Translations under genes and position numbers: made by a program
Origin: Mucisphaera calidilacus
GTDB taxonomy: Bacteria; Planctomycetota; Phycisphaerae; Phycisphaerales; Phycisphaeraceae
DNA: 32,000 nucleotides
NCBI RefSeq assembly: GCF_007748075.1
Contig: NZ_CP036280.1
Span: 720,001-752,000, forward strand
Reading direction: 5' to 3'
Shown: piece by piece, positions 28,313-32,000 of the stretch
How the letters are laid out: every line of letters begins with the position of its first letter
How positions within the stretch are numbered: position 1 is the stretch's first letter
The notes under the pieces: model-generated
The model's input: the letters and a program-made list of their open reading frames with translations, nothing else
The model's database searches: none
Told to the model about the DNA's origin: nothing

Positions 28313-29335
28313 TTGACCAACACCACCGACACACGACCCAGCCGGGCCGCCGGCTTCACCCTGATCGAACTCCTCGTCGTGATCTCGATCATCGCGCTGC
28401 TCATCGGCATCCTCCTCCCGGCACTCGGCGCGGCACGTGACACCGCGCGAACCGCCATCGATCTCGGCAACCTACGCTCAATTTCCCAAGGGATGTTCAG
28501 CTACAGCATCAGCAGCAAGAGTTTTCTACCCGGCCCCAACACCTCCGGTGCCCACATCACCGCCGGCTACAGCGACTGGCGACAGTCCAGCACCGAACCA
28601 ACCCAGAACATGGACTGGATCTCGCCGCTCTTCGGCCACGCGCTGGGCCTCTCCGAAGACCGGGGCGATCGTCTCGACGACATCTTCAACAACGAATTCC
28701 GCTGCCCCTCCAACACCGAAACCTACAACGGAGCCGTCTTCGACGCCGGGGGTGTGGGCGACGTCGACTACGAGAACTTCACCGTTTCCAGCTACTCCTC
28801 ACCGCTCGCCTTCCACCTCTGGGGCGACAACACCGGGGCCAACGTCCCGCTCAAGCACGGCACAGTCGCCAGCCGGGGTAACCCGCCGCCCGCAGCCGAG
28901 GCCATCTCGCTCGACCCGGGCTACAAGGGCACCGTCGATTCGGTCGGTTCCAACAGCGAAAAAGTCTTCGCGCTCGACGGCACACGTTACGTTGACGGCG
29001 ACGGAACCGTCACCTACAGCGGAACGCCTCGCGTCTTCCAGGGCGGCAACTTCATGGTCAGCGGACCCGCCTTCGCCGACCCCGGCGGCTCCCCCTACAA
29101 GTACAACGTCACCGGACCCGGCAAGACCGAACTGACCGACCTTGCCAAACGCTACGCCTACCGCCACGCCGGTCGACTCAACACCACCTTCTTCGATGGC
29201 CATGCCAAATCCATGGACAAGGAGACGGCCCAGACCGTCGACTACTTCCTGCCCACCGGCTCCGTCATCGTCAACCGCAGCGCCACACGCGACAGCCGCA
29301 CACCCTTCATCGAAAACGGATACGTCGTCAAGTGA
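28313..29335 (+). CDS. prepilin-type N-terminal cleavage/methylation domain protein with canonical H-X9-DG motif (DUF1559-like)
   Basis: No ATG is available. TTG at 28313 has GGAGA 8-12 nt upstream and gives 'MTNTTDTRPSRAAG|[32 protein letters not shown]'. The C-terminal 'RHAGRLNTTFFDGHAKSM' is exactly H-X9-DG. The track extension to 28115 crosses the terminator and is rejected. Confidence 0.8.
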   Translation: MTNTTDTRPSRAAGFTLIELLVVISIIALLIGILLPALGAARDTARTAIDLGNLRSISQGMFSYSISSKSFLPGPNTSGAHITAGYSDWRQSSTEPTQNMDWISPLFGHALGLSEDRGDRLDDIFNNEFRCPSNTETYNGAVFDAGGVGDVDYENFTVSSYSSPLAFHLWGDNTGANVPLKHGTVASRGNPPPAAEAISLDPGYKGTVDSVGSNSEKVFALDGTRYVDGDGTVTYSGTPRVFQGGNFMVSGPAFADPGGSPYKYNVTGPGKTELTDLAKRYAYRHAGRLNTTFFDGHAKSMDKETAQTVDYFLPTGSVIVNRSATRDSRTPFIENGYVVK

Positions 29336-29396
29336 CGACGTTTTTTGAATGTTTCGGTACCACGCCACTCACTCGATCCACACAGGAGAGAAGTTC

Positions 29397-31265
29397 ATGA
29401 AGACCGCACGCCTGCTTCAGGCCACCCTCGCCCTCACGGCCATCACCACGGCCGCCAACGCCGTCCAGTTGCCCACCGGCGGGTTTATCGCCGTGGGTGA
29501 CGTCGGCAACGCCACCGCGACCTCCGACACCGTCACCTTCTACAGCACCGACGACCTCAGCTCACGCCTCTTCTCGGTCGCGCTCCCCTTCGAGAGCGCC
29601 TCCAACAACGAGGACTTCGACGCCCTTACCGTCAACCCCTTCACAGGCGAGGTCTATGTCACCGCCGTTGACTCGGGCACCCCCGGCACCGTTGTCACCA
29701 CCACCGACCTGCAGACCAACGTCCAGGACACCGATGGCGACCTCGACCTCTACCGCATCGACTTCGCCGCCTTCTACAACGACTGGGTCAACAACCAGAA
29801 CATGGCCGACGTGACCTACCACGCCGAGCAGAATGACAGCTTCTTCGGCGACCCCGTCTTCTCCGGCGCCCCCAACCCCATTCAGGCCACCGGCGACCTC
29901 GGCACCAACGGCATCCAGAAGATCGGCGAGATCGCCCGGTCCCAGACCTTCCGCAGCAATACCAGTGATATCTTCAACAAGTCCCTCGCCTTCATCGACG
30001 ACGATACCCTCGTCTACCTTGATGAGGACACCGACACCTCCGGCAGCGTCGCTGCTGATCACGAGATCCGCCTCATCAAGCGCATCTCCGGACCCGCCAG
30101 CTACGACAGCAACACCAACGAGGGCGGCTTCAACAGCAACACCGCCGAGTCATGGACCTCCACCATCGTCGGCCGCGTCCTGCTCGATGGCGACACCAAC
30201 GCCTCCGAACCCCGCACCATCGCCGGATACAAGGACCCCCAGTCGGGCGTCACCGGCGTCTGGGTCCTCGAGGGTGACGGCGGCGGCGACGATATCGGCT
30301 TCTTCGAAATCGTCGATGAGTCCGGCGACGACAACGGCCCCGGCGGCTCCAACCTCAACGGCTACCGTCTCGCCACCACCGGCTTGCCCGTCTTCGCACT
30401 CGATAACGACCCCGCGAACGACCCCACCACCAACGACGGCTCCGGCGACCGCGTCCTGGTCAACCCCGTCACCGGTGACCTGATCATCATGGAGTCCGGC
30501 TTCTTCGACAGCCCCCAGCACGAGCCCTCCGTCATCCAGCGCGAGGTCGTCGACTACGACGCCTCCGGCGAAATCCTCTTCGGTGCATGGTCGCCCCTCC
30601 TGCAGATCGACGGCAACCAGCCCGGCGACGACGACACCCAGATCGTCGACGGACGCTACACCGCATACGACCACATCAACAACGTCCTCTACTACCACGA
30701 TCGTGATAACCCCTTCAGCGGCGGCGGCGGCAGCTACGACGGCGACTGGTGGTCCATCAATCTCACCACCGGCGAGACAAAGCTCGAAGCCACCGACGTC
30801 GGCAACTTCCAGATCTACGACAACGGCACCTTCCTCGGCTTCTTCTCCTTCGACCAGGTCGGCATCGAGGGCGACTACGACAACGACGGCGAACTGACCG
30901 ACGCCGACGTCGACCTCCTCGTCAACGCCATCCTCGCCGGCTCCACCGACCTCACCTACGACGCCAACAGCGACGGCGTGGTCGACGCCAACGATTACAT
31001 CCTCTGGCGCGATAGCCTCTACGGCACCACCGCCGGCGACGCCAACCTCGACTTCGTCGTCGACCTCCTCGACCTCTCCCTCCTCGCCTCCAACTTCGAC
31101 GGCCCCGGCCTCCACGGCGAAGGCGACTTCAACGCCGACGGACTGGTCGACCTCCTCGACCTCTCCCTCCTCGCCTCCAACTTCGACACCGGCAACGTCC
31201 CCGAGCCCGCAGGCCTCGCACTGCTCGGTCTCGGTGCCGCCGCCATGCTCCGCCGTCAGGCCTGA
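29397..31265 (+). CDS. large acidic secreted protein (possible beta-propeller) + dockerin-like repeats + PEP-CTERM anchor
   Basis: AGGAG lies 8 nt upstream of the ATG at 29397. Signal peptide 'MKTARLLQATLALTAITTAANA'. Recurring strand-like motifs 'VNPFTGEVYV', 'VNPVTGDLII' and 'INLTTGETKL'. From 30870 come four dockerin-like loops. Tail is 'VPEPAGLALLGLGAAAMLRRQA' (31200-31262). Confidence 0.75.
   Translation: MKTARLLQATLALTAITTAANAVQLPTGGFIAVGDVGNATATSDTVTFYSTDDLSSRLFSVALPFESASNNEDFDALTVNPFTGEVYVTAVDSGTPGTVVTTTDLQTNVQDTDGDLDLYRIDFAAFYNDWVNNQNMADVTYHAEQNDSFFGDPVFSGAPNPIQATGDLGTNGIQKIGEIARSQTFRSNTSDIFNKSLAFIDDDTLVYLDEDTDTSGSVAADHEIRLIKRISGPASYDSNTNEGGFNSNTAESWTSTIVGRVLLDGDTNASEPRTIAGYKDPQSGVTGVWVLEGDGGGDDIGFFEIVDESGDDNGPGGSNLNGYRLATTGLPVFALDNDPANDPTTNDGSGDRVLVNPVTGDLIIMESGFFDSPQHEPSVIQREVVDYDASGEILFGAWSPLLQIDGNQPGDDDTQIVDGRYTAYDHINNVLYYHDRDNPFSGGGGSYDGDWWSINLTTGETKLEATDVGNFQIYDNGTFLGFFSFDQVGIEGDYDNDGELTDADVDLLVNAILAGSTDLTYDANSDGVVDANDYILWRDSLYGTTAGDANLDFVVDLLDLSLLASNFDGPGLHGEGDFNADGLVDLLDLSLLASNFDTGNVPEPAGLALLGLGAAAMLRRQA
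31059..31187 (+). repeat. perfect 42-bp direct repeat, 87-bp period, inside the CDS
   Basis: gtcgacctcctcgacctctccctcctcgcctccaacttcgac occurs at 31059-31100 and 31146-31187 (checked base by base). It encodes VDLLDLSLLASNFD. Confidence 0.95.
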
Positions 31266-31290
31266 GCCTGAACCATCCTGATCAGTGACG

Positions 31291-31324
31291 AGGCCCCGTG
31301 GGTTCAACCCCGCGGGGCCTTTTC
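31291..31324 (+). terminator. intrinsic terminator after the PEP-CTERM gene
   Basis: aggccccgtggg (31291-31302) pairs with cccgcggggcct (31309-31320). The 12-bp stem has one G-U pair and loop ttcaac, followed by TTT. Confidence 0.7.
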
Positions 31325-31414
31325 GTTGGCCACAAGCCGTTTCTGTGGCATCCTTAAAGACTTGGCGATCCGTCCGGATTGCCCATATTCACACCACCTG
31401 ACACGGACCCCCCG

Positions 31415-32000
31415 ATGACCCGATCGATGAACATCCCCTGCGCCGCCGCCGCAACCCTCCTCCTTGCAGCCCTCGCGGCCCCCGCCCACGCTCAACTCCG
31501 CGTGGTCTCCTACAACACCGCAGGCGGACCCCGCAACGGTCTCGACGACATCCTTCAGGCCATCGGCGACGAGGTCACCAACGGCGTCGCCAAGCCCATC
31601 GACGTACTCTCCCTCCAGGAACAGAACAGCGCCAACTCCACCACGCAGGCCATCGTCAACCTGCTCAACGCCATCTACGGCCCCGGCACCTACGCACGCG
31701 GAACCATCACGCCCGCCAGCACCGGTGCAGGCTCCCCGGGCGTCATCTACAACACCAACACTGTCAGCCTGCTCGCCGAATCGACCGTCGGCACCACCAG
31801 CAGCAACGGAGCCGCACGACAGGGCATGCGCTATCAGTTCCGACCCGTTGGCTACGGTTCCGAAGCCGATTTCTACGTCTATGGAAATCACTTCAAGGCC
31901 AGCCAGGGATCAACCAACGAAAACCGCCGCGACGTCGAGGCCACCGCCATCCGTGCCAACGCCGACGCCCTCGGCGAAGGCTCCTCCATCATCTACACCG
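31415..32000 (+). CDS. secreted endonuclease/exonuclease/phosphatase (EEP) family protein, 3' end truncated by the window
   Basis: Not in the ORF track because no stop is reached. My hand translation from the ATG at 31415 is open to the window end: 'MTRSMNIPCAAAATLLLAALAAPAHAQLRVVSYNTAGGPRNGLDDILQAIGDEV...IDVLSLQEQ...'. It has a signal peptide plus EEP blocks (VVSYN, LSLQE). The antisense track ORF 31304-31891 is a shadow. Confidence 0.65.
   Translation, partial: MTRSMNIPCAAAATLLLAALAAPAHAQLRVVSYNTAGGPRNGLDDILQAIGDEVTNGVAKPIDVLSLQEQNSANSTTQAIVNLLNAIYGPGTYARGTITPASTGAGSPGVIYNTNTVSLLAESTVGTTSSNGAARQGMRYQFRPVGYGSEADFYVYGNHFKASQGSTNENRRDVEATAIRANADALGEGSSIIYT

Overview
High-GC bacterial window (hand counts of coding lines give about 65-70% G+C). 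Its hallmarks point to the PVC superphylum (Planctomycetota/Phycisphaerae-, Kiritimatiellota-, Lentisphaerota- or Verrucomicrobiota-like): PEP-CTERM sorting tails, dockerin-like EF-hand repeats, and prepilin-type '[29 protein letters not shown]' H-X9-DG proteins. The left end (1-5260) holds housekeeping-like genes: a Cys/Met PLP enzyme, a giant DUF2339-type membrane protein and a fasciclin lipoprotein. From about 5270 onward the window is an accessory polysaccharide-utilisation locus aimed at an acidic, probably O-acetylated polyuronide (alginate- or glucuronan-like). It has three parts. (1) A five-gene minus-strand operon: PL5-like lyase, aldo-keto reductase, Gfo/Idh/MocA oxidoreductase, xylose-isomerase-like TIM barrel and a ManD-type enolase-superfamily dehydratase. 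It diverges from a LacI-family regulator across a strikingly AT-rich control region. (2) A plus-strand operon: Na+/solute symporter, GQSNM acetylesterase and a multidomain PL6 lyase. This converges stop-to-stop on a PL14-like lyase, followed by a PEP-CTERM jelly-roll-like protein and a GH2 beta-galactosidase. (3) A block of secreted EEP-family nucleases/phosphatases, a lamin-tail-domain PEP-CTERM protein, a second pilin-like H-X9-DG protein and a large acidic PEP-CTERM protein. The most unusual signal is a recurring C-terminal cassette on four proteins, including two lyases: dockerin-like Ca-loop repeats with a 29-residue 'VDLLDLSxLASNF' unit, plus a PEP-CTERM or variant IPSP tail. These proteins sit beside two pilin-like H-X9-DG genes, and no cohesin or exosortase lies in the window. 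I read this as a candidate cell-surface display and capture system for polyuronide degradation. No rRNA, tRNA, CRISPR, transposase or integrase was seen. Many long antisense or off-frame ORFs in the track are GC-rich shadows and were rejected.
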